Origin: an uncultured Clostridia bacterium
Lineage (GTDB): Bacteria > Bacillota > Clostridia > TANB77 > CAG-508
Reading direction: 5' to 3'
DNA length: 64,000 bases
Assembly (NCBI GenBank): GCA_947626605.1
Contig: CANQSV010000005.1
Span: forward strand, 647-64,646
Under the pieces are notes generated by a model. It did not search any database. It had not been told where the DNA came from and saw only the letters and a program-made list of their open reading frames with translations. The position numbers and the translations under genes were made by a program. This document shows positions 45,396-54,980 of the stretch, in pieces (the stretch's first letter is position 1; every line of letters begins with the position of its first letter).

Positions 45396-45710
45396 ATGAG
45401 AGAAGATATTTGTAAGAGAATAAAAACTATAAGAAATAATTTAGGTATGAATAAAAATGAATTTGCTAATTTTTTAGGAATAACTCCTCAATATCTAGGT
45501 TCAATCGAAAATGGTGATAATTGCCTTTCTGTTGAAAAAATAATTTTACTTTCTCAAAAGACAAGTATATCAACAGATTATATATTGCTAGGTAAGGAAA
45601 ATATTGTTGACGAACGTATGATAAAACATATTATGAATATTAATGATGATGACTTGAACACTTATTTTTCCACTGTTAGAGGTATAATTAATATTATTCA
45701 AAATTCTTAG
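45396..45710 (+). CDS. XRE-family helix-turn-helix transcriptional regulator
   Basis: IKTIRNNLGMNKNEFANFLGITPQYLGSIENG is a classic HTH_3 pattern. SD GGAGGA. Confidence 0.85.
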   Translation: MREDICKRIKTIRNNLGMNKNEFANFLGITPQYLGSIENGDNCLSVEKIILLSQKTSISTDYILLGKENIVDERMIKHIMNINDDDLNTYFSTVRGIINIIQNS

Positions 45711-45715
45711 CAAGT

Positions 45716-45746
45716 AAAAAAAAACACTCAACAAGAGTGTTTTTTA
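45716..45746. terminator. Bidirectional terminator
   Basis: A-run, then ACACTC-loop-GAGTGT, then T-run, between convergent genes. Confidence 0.65.
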
Positions 45747-45768
45747 ATTCTAAAAATATTCTTTTAAT

Positions 45769-46407
45769 TTATCTTATAAAATTTGTAAAATTAATTTTAT
45801 CTTCTTGCTTTGGTAATTCGATACCTTTTTCTTTTCCTGCTTGAATGCATTTCAAATAATATGCCATATTTCTACCTAATATTCTCATTATTTGCATTCC
45901 TTCTTCATCTTTCCTTACCTCATCTGGTGTTCCTCCATGTACCATATTCCAATATCTTGATGAAATGATTGGCATTTGCGTAATACCAAAATATTTATTT
46001 AATTGATCATATGTTGCTGTTGTTCCTGCTCTTCTTGCTGAAATAACAGTTGCTGCAGGTTTAAATAAAAATCTATCTATTTTTCCTGCTTGAGAAGCTG
46101 AATAAAATACTCTATCCATAAATGATGTAATTGCACCAGTTGCTCCAGCATAATGTACTGGACTTCCAAATATAAATGCATCTGCTGTTTCTGCCTTTTC
46201 AACGAACTCATTAACAGTATCATTAAATACACATTTTCCTGTCTTCCTACAATTAAAACACGCAATGCAACCTGATAAAGGTTTGTTTCCTACCCAAAAG
46301 ATTTCTGTTTCTATTCCCTCTTCATTTAAAGTTTTACAAACCTCTGTTAAAGCTGTATATGTACAACCTTCTTTATGAGGTCCTCCATTTACTAATAATA
46401 CTTTCAT
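45769..46407 (-). CDS. Flavodoxin-like FMN reductase / iron-sulfur flavoprotein family
   Basis: MKVLLVNGGPHKEG start, Cys cluster CIACFNCRKTGKC, and FGSPVHYAGATG. ATG at 46407, 8 nt after AAAGGAA. Confidence 0.75.
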   Translation of the reverse strand: MKVLLVNGGPHKEGCTYTALTEVCKTLNEEGIETEIFWVGNKPLSGCIACFNCRKTGKCVFNDTVNEFVEKAETADAFIFGSPVHYAGATGAITSFMDRVFYSASQAGKIDRFLFKPAATVISARRAGTTATYDQLNKYFGITQMPIISSRYWNMVHGGTPDEVRKDEEGMQIMRILGRNMAYYLKCIQAGKEKGIELPKQEDKINFTNFIR

Positions 46408-46489
46408 TTTATCATTCCTTTCCATTTTTGACTTGTTTTTGCATATTCAAAAAACATGTCAATTTATATTTACATTTTTATTCATTTCA

Positions 46490-46537
46490 AAATCAAAAAT
46501 GACTTGATTATGAACGAACAAAAACAAGTCATTTTCA
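46490..46537 (-). terminator. Hairpin terminator after the 530-aa gene
   Basis: AAAATGACTTG-19 nt-CAAGTCATTTT, followed on the minus strand by TGATTTTG. Confidence 0.5.
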
Positions 46538-46545
46538 TTTTATAA

Positions 46546-48138
46546 TTATCTACTTGCCTCTAAAGTTTGATTGTTCTCTTCTGAGCTTAAATTTTGCACT
46601 GTATTAACGGCTTTATTTTGTTGCATATCTTTTATACTAATTTGAGCCCATCCTGTATCATGATAACCTGGTACAAGTGATAGAAGAACACTTACATCTA
46701 TTTCATTTGCATTTACTCCATATTCAGTAGCATAATTATTTAATGTTTTTTCAATATCACCATCTCCAGAATTCATTATTCCTAAAACTTTACCTTCATA
46801 GCAAAAAGCTACTCTATCTATAGAATATTCTGTTGCTGGTCTCCAACTTACTGCACCTATCTTATTGCTTTTTCCACCACCCAAACAAGTAGCAGTATAT
46901 TTTAAACCATCAGCTACATTTATTTTATCTCCAATATTTACAACTATTGGTTCTTGTGGTTTAACACTTTCTTCTGGCTTTTCTTCTTTAATATCCTCTT
47001 CTTTAACATCTGCTGTTTTCTCCTCATCTGGAATTACTGCTGTTGCATCATCCTGTTTTTCTGTAGTTATTGGAACATCTATACTATGTGTGTCAAAAAA
47101 AGTTGTAGTAGATGCACTTGAATTTCCAGTTATTTTAGTTGCTTCATTAGTTTCACTTGGATCTACAGATGCTAGATACTCATGATTTCGACTATTAGTT
47201 TTTTCAGTATTTTTCATACTTGCTTTATTATGCATTACCGTTGACATAGCTCCTGATATTGTAGAAATAGCTAATGCACCAATAACAGGGATTGCAGTAT
47301 ACCATACCAATTTTCTTTTTTTCTCTTTACTATATTTCAAAACTCTTTTTTTCTTTTCTATTGGCTTCTCTTCTTGCTCTGAACTCTTTTCAGAATCTAC
47401 TTGCTGTTTTTCTTTTTCTTCCATTATTTTAGCTATTTTGGCTGTAATTTCTTTAGCAACTCTAGCATCCTCTTCTTGCATTTCTAATCTTCTCTTTTTA
47501 GCTAATTGAGTTCTTACTATTGCTTGCTCGATTCTTTTTTGTCTTTCTTCAGCCTCTTTCGCTTCTTGTTGCTTTGCTAATCTTCTTTTTTCTATCGCTT
47601 CTGCTATTCTTTTTTCCCTTTCTTGATGTTCTCTTATTTCAGCTAGAGTAAAAGTTTGAACAGGAGCCTTACATTCTATTCCATTTATCTCTCTGTCCCT
47701 TTTTACCTTTTCATGAACCCTTGAAATTTTATCTTTTAGCTCTGTACTTGCTTCCTCTTTTTCAAAACTTTCTTTTGACTCAACTCGTTCATCATATCTT
47801 TTATCATGTGTTTGTTGACTCTCTTCTCTTGCATTGTATTTTAATATTAATTTGTGAAAATTTGCATTTATTATAATCATTCTTTGCATTATAAGGCTTT
47901 TTCTACCTCTAAAAGATTTAAGAAGATCTTTTAAATCTCTTTTTATTTTTAATTTGTTAATAAAATTTGTTTCCTTTTCAAGTTCTTCTAATTTTTTCCT
48001 TAAAGTAAAATAAGAACCTCTTATTTCAGCTACTTTATTACTTGTATCGTTTTTATCCTTTGCCTGATTTTTTTTGTATGTATCGATTAACTTTAATGTT
48101 TCTTTATCCAATTTTATTAACATTTCGCTAATACTCAT
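46546..48138 (-). CDS. Bitopic membrane protein: E/K/R-rich coiled-coil cytoplasmic half, one TM segment, extracellular S/T/E-rich linker and a C-terminal globular domain
   Basis: 530-aa ORF. TM segment WYTAIPVIGALAISTISGAM. Located downstream of the sigma/anti-sigma pair on the same strand. Confidence 0.6.
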   Translation of the reverse strand: MSISEMLIKLDKETLKLIDTYKKNQAKDKNDTSNKVAEIRGSYFTLRKKLEELEKETNFINKLKIKRDLKDLLKSFRGRKSLIMQRMIIINANFHKLILKYNAREESQQTHDKRYDERVESKESFEKEEASTELKDKISRVHEKVKRDREINGIECKAPVQTFTLAEIREHQEREKRIAEAIEKRRLAKQQEAKEAEERQKRIEQAIVRTQLAKKRRLEMQEEDARVAKEITAKIAKIMEEKEKQQVDSEKSSEQEEKPIEKKKRVLKYSKEKKRKLVWYTAIPVIGALAISTISGAMSTVMHNKASMKNTEKTNSRNHEYLASVDPSETNEATKITGNSSASTTTFFDTHSIDVPITTEKQDDATAVIPDEEKTADVKEEDIKEEKPEESVKPQEPIVVNIGDKINVADGLKYTATCLGGGKSNKIGAVSWRPATEYSIDRVAFCYEGKVLGIMNSGDGDIEKTLNNYATEYGVNANEIDVSVLLSLVPGYHDTGWAQISIKDMQQNKAVNTVQNLSSEENNQTLEASR

Positions 48139-48284
48139 TTTATTTACTACCCCTTATATTCTCACACCTTTTATTTCTTCATCTTTTGTACAAACACATG
48201 ACAATATTTTATCACTTTTCCCAAGTAAAATCAAGCAATTTATTGTTTTTTTGCTATTTTGTAAATGTTGATTCTAATCCTCAA

Positions 48285-48319
48285 TAAAAAAGCAAGTAAT
48301 TATAAAAATAATCACTTGC
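48285..48319 (-). terminator. Intrinsic terminator after the anti-sigma gene
   Basis: GCAAGTGATTA-loop-TAATTACTTGC followed on the minus strand by TTTTTTATT. Confidence 0.65.
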
Positions 48320-48346
48320 CGACATTAAATCACTTATATATAAACT

Positions 48347-49159
48347 TTATGATTGAAAATCATTAATTAGATTTTCTATCTTTTCATCAGTTACATCTCC
48401 AAAAGTATATTTGTAGTCTATAACAAAATTATTATGAAAGTTTACATCTTTAATTGTTAATCCTGTTTCTTTATCTATAAAATTCAAATAATCATCTCCT
48501 ACCAATAAATAACAATCTTTATGTCCTAATTCCACACTCTTAATAGAATCTATTGATGCTACTCCTATATTTCCCCAAAAACTTTTATTTAAAAATTGAT
48601 ATCTCACGTCTTCTCTAATGCTATTTTTATCTTTATTAACATCTTTGTTTTCTACTTTATTCTTAAAGCTTCTTCTATCTTTTATTCCATTAAGTTGATA
48701 TTCTATCATTTCTTCTACCCCTTCTTCGTCTATCCTAGTAGTAATAGCTACAAAATTGTCGTTATGCTGATAATATTCCTTCTTGATAGTACAATTTTCT
48801 GTTGTTTCAACCCTAATTTTTGAATAGTTTTTATAGTCTGCTTTAATAGCCATATTCTCCACTTTGTATAATATAGCTACTTTTCTAATAAAAATAACTA
48901 TAAATAGAAAAATAATTACAAAGATAATTGTTTTTAAGAGTTTTATTTTATTATTTACTTTTTTAAAAATATTAATTTTTTTATTCTCATTATTTTTATA
49001 ATCTACTTTTATTTCTTCTGACATATTTTTAAAAGATTCTCTACATTCATCACAATTTTTTAAATGTTCTTCTATAAAAACATTGGTTTCGTTACTAGTT
49101 ACTTTATCAATATAATTTGGTAATAAATCTTTAACTAAATTACACTCTTTATTTTTCAT
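48347..49159 (-). CDS. Anti-sigma factor (zf-HC2 N-terminus, single TM, extracytoplasmic domain)
   Basis: HLKNCDECRESF zinc-finger motif. TM segment IIFVIIFLFIVIFI. Overlaps the sigma gene by 11 nt. Confidence 0.7.
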   Translation of the reverse strand: MKNKECNLVKDLLPNYIDKVTSNETNVFIEEHLKNCDECRESFKNMSEEIKVDYKNNENKKINIFKKVNNKIKLLKTIIFVIIFLFIVIFIRKVAILYKVENMAIKADYKNYSKIRVETTENCTIKKEYYQHNDNFVAITTRIDEEGVEEMIEYQLNGIKDRRSFKNKVENKDVNKDKNSIREDVRYQFLNKSFWGNIGVASIDSIKSVELGHKDCYLLVGDDYLNFIDKETGLTIKDVNFHNNFVIDYKYTFGDVTDEKIENLINDFQS

Positions 49160-49634
49160 AATTAAACCACTCCTTCATTTTTTCTTTGCCTCTATAAAAG
49201 GTTACTCTAACCCAAGTTTCAGTTGTATTCATTATTTCTGCGATTTCTTTATAACTCAAATCTCCTTTAATTTTTAAATATATTACATCTCTTGTTAATA
49301 CGTCTAATTTTTGAATTGCTTTGAATAATTGCATTCTTTCTTCTTTTTCTAAAAATACATCTTCTGTTACTATAACATCTTTATCATTTATTTCTGCAAT
49401 TTTATTTTTTCTTTTTATTTCATCTATCCATAAATTTCTTGCTATTTTGCATAACCATGTGGATAATTTTGAATTATTCTTAAACTTGGATATATTAATA
49501 ATAGCTTTATAAAAAGTTTCTTCAGTAAGTTCTTCTGATATATATTTGTTATTAGTAAGAAACAATAAATACTTATATACCAATTGATAATTTTCTATAT
49601 ATATCTCATTAAAGTCTTCCATAGAGATTTTCAT
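49149..49634 (-). CDS. ECF-type sigma-70 family RNA polymerase sigma factor
   Basis: Region 2 (EELTEETFYKA) and region 4 HTH (LSYKEIAEIMNTTETWVRVTFYRGKEKM). Confidence 0.85.
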   Translation of the reverse strand: MKISMEDFNEIYIENYQLVYKYLLFLTNNKYISEELTEETFYKAIINISKFKNNSKLSTWLCKIARNLWIDEIKRKNKIAEINDKDVIVTEDVFLEKEERMQLFKAIQKLDVLTRDVIYLKIKGDLSYKEIAEIMNTTETWVRVTFYRGKEKMKEWFNYEK

Positions 49635-49791
49635 TTCATCACTCTCCTTTCTTTTTTTCTTTTGTATGTAATATTAATATTGTATCATGAAAATTTACTT
49701 TCTATATATTAGACTTTTACATATTGTTTTTGTTACAATTTTTTAATTTTTTTGATTCCTATAATCTTTTCGCTAATCTTATCTTATTTTC

Positions 49792-49831
49792 AAAAAAAAA
49801 TTGTAAAAAAATCTTAAGATTCTTTTACAAT
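49792..49831 (-). terminator. Intrinsic terminator after folC
   Basis: TTGTAAAA-loop-TTTTACAA with a palindromic AATCTTAAGATT centre, followed on the minus strand by T9. Confidence 0.7.
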
Positions 49832-49924
49832 TTAATATATTTTTTTAATTCTCAATTTTGATTTCTACTGTATCATCTATTTTTATTTTAGCATATCCTC
49901 CTATAACATTTTTCCGCTTCATAA

Positions 49925-51214
49925 CTATCTTTCATTAATTGGATTTTTTAGCATATCTATTACAGTTCCATACACATAGAAACTTCCTACAAAAAATACA
50001 ACATAATCAGAATATCTTTCCTTTACAAGTTTAATTGTATTTTCTAAATCTTGTATATATAAATTTTCATTTTCTGCATATTGTTTAGCAGTTTTTAAAA
50101 GTTCTTCTTTTGACCTGTATCTTTCTTTATCATTTCCATCAGTAAATATCAACACCGCTTCTTCATCTTTTAAAAGTTGCTTTAATACCATTTCATAATC
50201 TTTTGTTTTTAATATTGAAATAACATAAACTTTCTTTTGCTCCTTATAATACATATTGCAACTTCTTATAAAATTTTCTATAGCCGGTTTATTATGTGCT
50301 CCATCAAAAATAATTAATGGATTGTTATTTATTACTTCAAATCTTCCTCTATGTACTACTGTTTTTAATCCTATTCTTAAAGCCTCTTCACTAATATCGT
50401 ATTCTTGTTCTCTTAATATTTCTATACACTCTATTGCAATACAACTATTTAATAATTGTTTTTCTCCTTTTAAATTAATTAATATTTCCTTATGTTTTTT
50501 ATAATCAAATTTTTGGAACTCACTATCATATGAATAGTTTTCTATATCACTTTTTTCAATTCCATGAAGTTTATTTTTCTTTTCTAAACATATGTTTTCT
50601 ATTTTTTTATTTACTTCTTCATCATCTGATAATGCAAATATTGTTTGTGAATTTTCTTTTATTATTCCTGCCTTTTGTTCTGCTATTTCCACCAATGTGT
50701 TTCCTAGAATATCCATATGATCATAGCCGATACTAGTTATAATTGAAATTAACGGATTTACTATATTAGTACAGTCGTATAGTCCCCCAAGTCCAGTTTC
50801 CAATACCACAAAGTCACAATTACTTTCATAAAAATATAAAATGGCCATTGTAGTTTCTAACTCAAATAAAGTTACTTTTTCTTTATTTAAACTATTATAT
50901 TTATCAATTTTAGGCTTTATTTTGGTTATTATTTCTTCCATTTTCTCATCAGTTATATCTTTATTTTGCACACTTATTCTTTCATTGTATTTCATTAAAT
51001 GAGGACTAATAAATTTTCCAACTTTATATCCAGCATTTATTAAAATATTTGTTATCATCTCTGTACAACTACCTTTTCCATTAGTTCCTGCTATATGTAT
51101 TACTTTTAAAAATTTTTCAGGATGTCCAAATTCATCCATAAAAAATTTCATTGCATTTAATGTTGGATTTTTAGTTCCTTTAAAAAATTTCGATAAATAC
51201 TCTTCTACATTCAT
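49925..51214 (-). CDS. folC: Folylpolyglutamate synthase / dihydrofolate synthase
   Basis: IHIAGTNGKGS P-loop of the Mur-ligase family, 429 aa. Confidence 0.85.
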   Translation of the reverse strand: MNVEEYLSKFFKGTKNPTLNAMKFFMDEFGHPEKFLKVIHIAGTNGKGSCTEMITNILINAGYKVGKFISPHLMKYNERISVQNKDITDEKMEEIITKIKPKIDKYNSLNKEKVTLFELETTMAILYFYESNCDFVVLETGLGGLYDCTNIVNPLISIITSIGYDHMDILGNTLVEIAEQKAGIIKENSQTIFALSDDEEVNKKIENICLEKKNKLHGIEKSDIENYSYDSEFQKFDYKKHKEILINLKGEKQLLNSCIAIECIEILREQEYDISEEALRIGLKTVVHRGRFEVINNNPLIIFDGAHNKPAIENFIRSCNMYYKEQKKVYVISILKTKDYEMVLKQLLKDEEAVLIFTDGNDKERYRSKEELLKTAKQYAENENLYIQDLENTIKLVKERYSDYVVFFVGSFYVYGTVIDMLKNPINER

Positions 51215-51283
51215 TATTTTAGTTCTCCTATTTTTCTTTAAAACTAGTTTTAATTCATAATATGTGTTTTATTATAAAGATTA

Positions 51284-54200
51284 TTATTCTGTTTGTTCAC
51301 CATGTCCTTTTTTCCCCTTTTCTTGAACTATCTCTTCTAATTCGTTTCTTACTTCTTCATTGCTCTCTACTCTATTTCCAACCGCTTCTTTCATTCTCCT
51401 CTTAATTTTCTCATCTTTACTCTTACCTAATTGTCCTAAATCTCTTAAAGTTCTTATCTTTTCTCTCCATTCTTCTGGAACTTCTTCTATTGGTACTCCT
51501 ACATATCTATCTAACATTTCATGTTCTTCTGTTCTTCGCCATCTTGCGTATAGATTTTTTTCCGTAAGTTCTTCTTCTGTCATCTCTTCTTTTTTTAATA
51601 TCTTTCCTTTTTGTCTTATCTCACTTCTTGGCATTCTTCCTTCATGATTTTCTAGCCATTCTATTACTTCTTCATATGTTGTCTTTTCTTTCATTCCTAG
51701 CCCATAACTTCTTAAAACTTCAATCTTTTTCTTCATTTCTTCTGATTCTGTGATTTCTTCTATCTTTACTCCTACATATTTTTCTAACTTTTTACGTTCT
51801 TTTGACTTTGACCATCTTGCATATAGATTTTTTTCCGCAAGTTCTTTTTCTGTCATATTTTCTTTTGTTAGTTGCTTTCCGTTTTGTACTATAGTACCTC
51901 TTGGCATTCTTCCTTCATGACTTTCTAACCACTCTATTATATCTTCATATGTTGTCTTTTCTTTCATTCCTAATCCATAACTTCTTAAAGTTTTAATTTT
52001 TTCTTTTATTTTTTCTGACTCTGGTATTGCTTCTATTGGTACTCCTATATACTTTTTCAAAATTTTATCTTCTTCAGAACGCCCCCATCTTCTATATAAT
52101 TTTATTTCATAATTCTCTTCTTCTGTCATTTCATCTTTTTCTAATTTCTTTCCTTTTTTTCTTATCTCACTTCTTGGCATTCTTCCTTCATGACTTTCTA
52201 ACCATTCTATTATTCCTTCATATAATGTTTTTTTATTTTTTATTAAGTTTCTTAAAGTACTTATTCTACCTTTCCAATCTTCCGACTCTGGTATTTCTTC
52301 TATCTTTACTCCTACATACTTTGCTAACATTTTCGATTCTTTTGACTTTTTCCATCTTGCATATAAATTTTTTTCATAAAGCTCTTCTTCTGTCATTTCT
52401 TCTCTTTTTAATGTCTTTTCTTCTTTCTTTATAGTACCTCTTGGCATTCTTCCTTCATGATTTTCTAGCCATTCTATCATTTCTTCATATGTTGTTCTTG
52501 CTTTCATTCCTAGTCCATAACTTCTTAAAGTTTTAATCTTTTCCTTCATTTCTTCTGATTCTGGTATTTCTTCTATTCTCACTCCTACATATTCTTCTAA
52601 CAATTTATGTTCCTTTGACGTTATCCATCTTGCATATAATTTTATTTCATAAAGCTCCTCTTCTGTCATCTTTTCTCTTTTTAATGTCTTTTCTTCTTTC
52701 TTTATAGTACATCTTGGCATTTTTCCTTCATGATTTTCTAGCCATTCTATTATTTCTTCATATGGTGTTCTTGCTTTCATTCCTAGTCCATAATTTCTTA
52801 AAGCTTTAATCTTTTCCTTCATTTCTTCTGATTCTGGTATTTCTTCTATTTTTATTCCTAAATATCTATTTAACAATCTATGCTCTTCTGCAATTTTCCA
52901 TCTTCCATATAAATTCACTTCATAACGTTCTGCTTCTGTAAGTTCTTCTTTTTTTAACATCTTGCCTTTTCGACTTATAGCACCTCTTGGCATTTTTCCT
53001 TCATGATTTTCTAGCCATTCTATTATTTCTTCATATGGTGTTTTTTCTTTCATTCCTAGTCCATAACTTCTTAAAGTTTTAATTTTCGCCTTCATTTCTT
53101 CCGATTCTGATATTTCTTCTATGCTTACTCCTACATATGTTTCTAATATTCTACAATCTGCTGAAAATCTCCATCTTCCATATAAATTTTTTTCATACTG
53201 CTCTTCTTCTGTCATCTCTTCTCTTTTTAGTGTCTTTCCTTTTTTCTTTATAGTACCTCTTGGCATTCTTCCTTCATGTTCTTCTAGCCATTCTATTATT
53301 TCTTCATAAATATCTTTTCTTGTTTGAATATTGTATTTTAATTCTTCATTTATTTCTCTCATTATTTCTAATAAGTCTGTTTCATCAAATGATAGATTTG
53401 TAAAACTAAATTCTCCTTTTTTATATTCTCCTCCTCTATTGATTGCTCCTGCAATTTCTCTATATGTTTCTATTTGTCTCATCCAATTATTTACTACATC
53501 TATTATAACTGTTTCTCTATCTGTAGTCATTACTCTTCCTAGTCTTTGTTTATATCTAATTGCTGATGATGTTTCTGCAAACATGATTTCTCCATCTATA
53601 TTCTCTACATGTGTTCCTTCATCCAACATTTCTACACAAAATAATAATTGTAACTGTTCTCCTTCTGGTGTCTCTTCAAAATGTCTTATTACTCTATCAT
53701 TATCTTTTTGGGATTTTCCAAATTTGTCTTTACTATCATTTTTACTTAATATATATTTCACACTAATATTGGAATTTACTTTTCCAAATATCTCGCTTGC
53801 CTTTTCCATTTTTTCTCTTAGGTCTTCTCTATCTTTACAAAATACTATGTATTTACCATTTTTCTTTTTTATTCCTTGTTCCATCATATCTGGTATTTCT
53901 GGTACTCTACTTACAATGTTGTGTAATTTTTTATATTTTTCTAGTAACATATTCCTTTTTTCTTCATCTTCAACTTTGTTTATTTTTTCTAAATACTCTT
54001 CTAATTCTATCTTTAATTCTGAAATTACTCTTACATATCTTGGGGCTTGTAAAACTACTTCTCCTTCTTTTTCTCCACTAAGTGCTTCTGTTAAACTCAT
54101 TACATATACTATTGCATCTTCAAATTTCTCCGTTGCCATATTTCTTCTATCTGTTCTTTCTGGAGTTGCTGTCATACCTATTATTTCCGTTTCTGGCAAA

Positions 54201-54607
54201 GCATCTTCTAAAGACTTTACTGCTGGTCCCCATGTTTCTGCTCCAATCCTATGAATCTCATCAAATATAACTATATCAGCTTTTATTTGCCTATCTGACA
54301 TCTTTTTAGCAATTTGTTGCATTCTTTCTAACCTTTGATATGTTATTATTTTTATCTTTCCTGTTTTTAAACGTTCTTCTCCATTTTCTACATACTCTTT
54401 TATATTTTTTTCATGATGATGTATTATTGCTCTGTTTGGAACTACTATTAATACTGTCTTATCTGGATTTTCTTCAATATATTTTAATCCTGGAAATGTC
54501 TTTCCTGTTCCTGTTGGAGTTATCCATGCTGCTCTTTTCTTTTCCTTTAAAGACTGTTTCATTCCTTCATATATTTTTTCTTGATGTTTAAATTTTAATT
54601 CTACCAC
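51284..54607 (-). CDS. Superfamily-2 DEXH helicase (ResIII-like N-terminus plus helicase C) with seven tandem C-terminal repeats of about 91 aa, resembling helicase-associated (HA) domains
   Basis: Walker A TPTGTGKT, DEIH box, MTATPER, and QRLGRVMT (motif VI). The repeats follow the pattern YEEIIEWLExHEGxMPR...LYxRW...YVGVxIEEIPESEEMKEKIKTLRSYGLGMK. GTG start 8 nt after GAGGAG. Confidence 0.8.
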   Translation of the reverse strand: MVELKFKHQEKIYEGMKQSLKEKKRAAWITPTGTGKTFPGLKYIEENPDKTVLIVVPNRAIIHHHEKNIKEYVENGEERLKTGKIKIITYQRLERMQQIAKKMSDRQIKADIVIFDEIHRIGAETWGPAVKSLEDALPETEIIGMTATPERTDRRNMATEKFEDAIVYVMSLTEALSGEKEGEVVLQAPRYVRVISELKIELEEYLEKINKVEDEEKRNMLLEKYKKLHNIVSRVPEIPDMMEQGIKKKNGKYIVFCKDREDLREKMEKASEIFGKVNSNISVKYILSKNDSKDKFGKSQKDNDRVIRHFEETPEGEQLQLLFCVEMLDEGTHVENIDGEIMFAETSSAIRYKQRLGRVMTTDRETVIIDVVNNWMRQIETYREIAGAINRGGEYKKGEFSFTNLSFDETDLLEIMREINEELKYNIQTRKDIYEEIIEWLEEHEGRMPRGTIKKKGKTLKREEMTEEEQYEKNLYGRWRFSADCRILETYVGVSIEEISESEEMKAKIKTLRSYGLGMKEKTPYEEIIEWLENHEGKMPRGAISRKGKMLKKEELTEAERYEVNLYGRWKIAEEHRLLNRYLGIKIEEIPESEEMKEKIKALRNYGLGMKARTPYEEIIEWLENHEGKMPRCTIKKEEKTLKREKMTEEELYEIKLYARWITSKEHKLLEEYVGVRIEEIPESEEMKEKIKTLRSYGLGMKARTTYEEMIEWLENHEGRMPRGTIKKEEKTLKREEMTEEELYEKNLYARWKKSKESKMLAKYVGVKIEEIPESEDWKGRISTLRNLIKNKKTLYEGIIEWLESHEGRMPRSEIRKKGKKLEKDEMTEEENYEIKLYRRWGRSEEDKILKKYIGVPIEAIPESEKIKEKIKTLRSYGLGMKEKTTYEDIIEWLESHEGRMPRGTIVQNGKQLTKENMTEKELAEKNLYARWSKSKERKKLEKYVGVKIEEITESEEMKKKIEVLRSYGLGMKEKTTYEEVIEWLENHEGRMPRSEIRQKGKILKKEEMTEEELTEKNLYARWRRTEEHEMLDRYVGVPIEEVPEEWREKIRTLRDLGQLGKSKDEKIKRRMKEAVGNRVESNEEVRNELEEIVQEKGKKGHGEQTE
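51410..53317. repeat. Seven tandem intragenic repeats of about 273 bp
   Basis: Boundaries derived from protein repeat boundaries (aa 431-1066). Neighbouring units share long identical stretches, for example TPYEEIIEWLENHEGKMPR appearing twice. Confidence 0.85.
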
Positions 54608-54660
54608 TATATTTCTCCTCTACTTTCTAAAATCAATTATTTTTACCCATGAATCTATAG

Positions 54661-54828
54661 TTATATTAAAAAACTAGCATATAATGGAATTGACTTTATT
54701 CCATTTGATTCCCCAAAATTTTTAGTTGACAATCTTATTGCATATTCTGGTTTAAACCTTTTTATATAATAGTTTAAACTTTTTGAACTAGTGTTATCCG
54801 AAGCCTTAACTTCTATTGGTATTATAAT
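54661..54828 (-). pseudogene. C-terminal remnant of a DUF4143-type AAA ATPase gene
   Basis: The minus-strand translation IIIPIEVKASDNTSSKSLNYYIKRFKPEYAIRLSTKNFGESNGIKSIPLYASFLI* matches the typical C-terminus of that family. Stops lie immediately upstream. Confidence 0.55.
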
Positions 54829-54945
54829 TCATTATAATTTATTATTATATTTATTCATAAAAAAGATTCTCTCTAATACATATTATAATACTTTTACTGG
54901 CTTTTTCAAGTTTTTCGTGATTTTATCACGTTTTTAGTAATTATA

Positions 54946-54975
54946 AAAAGAGCTCCTTCGGAAAGGAACTCTTTT
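54946..54975 (-). terminator. Intrinsic terminator after the 54981-55418 gene
   Basis: AAAGAGTTCCTTTccgAAGGAGCTCTTT followed by TTAT on the minus strand. Confidence 0.6.
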
Positions 54976-54980
54976 AGCAG

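Noticed and set aside
46077-46265. A 62-aa ORF nested in the flavodoxin-like gene on the same strand.
   Set aside because: It is an alternative frame inside a well-supported CDS, with no SD and an odd composition.
49845-49922. A 25-codon ORF (MKRKNVIGGYAKIKIDDTVEIKIEN) starting 2 nt after the folC stop.
   Set aside because: The SD is weak, there is no recognisable family, and it lies just before the folC terminator. It is possibly a relic and the evidence is insufficient to call it.
53331-54254. Long plus-strand ORFs antisense to minus-strand genes. Examples: 307 aa at 53331-54254, 192 aa at 32021-32599, 155 aa at 3878-4345, 135 aa at 52027-52434 and 117 aa at 27335-27688.
   Set aside because: Their translations are low-complexity and rich in F, L, S and I, as expected for the antisense of A-rich coding sequence. 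Each is fully contained in a well-supported gene on the other strand.
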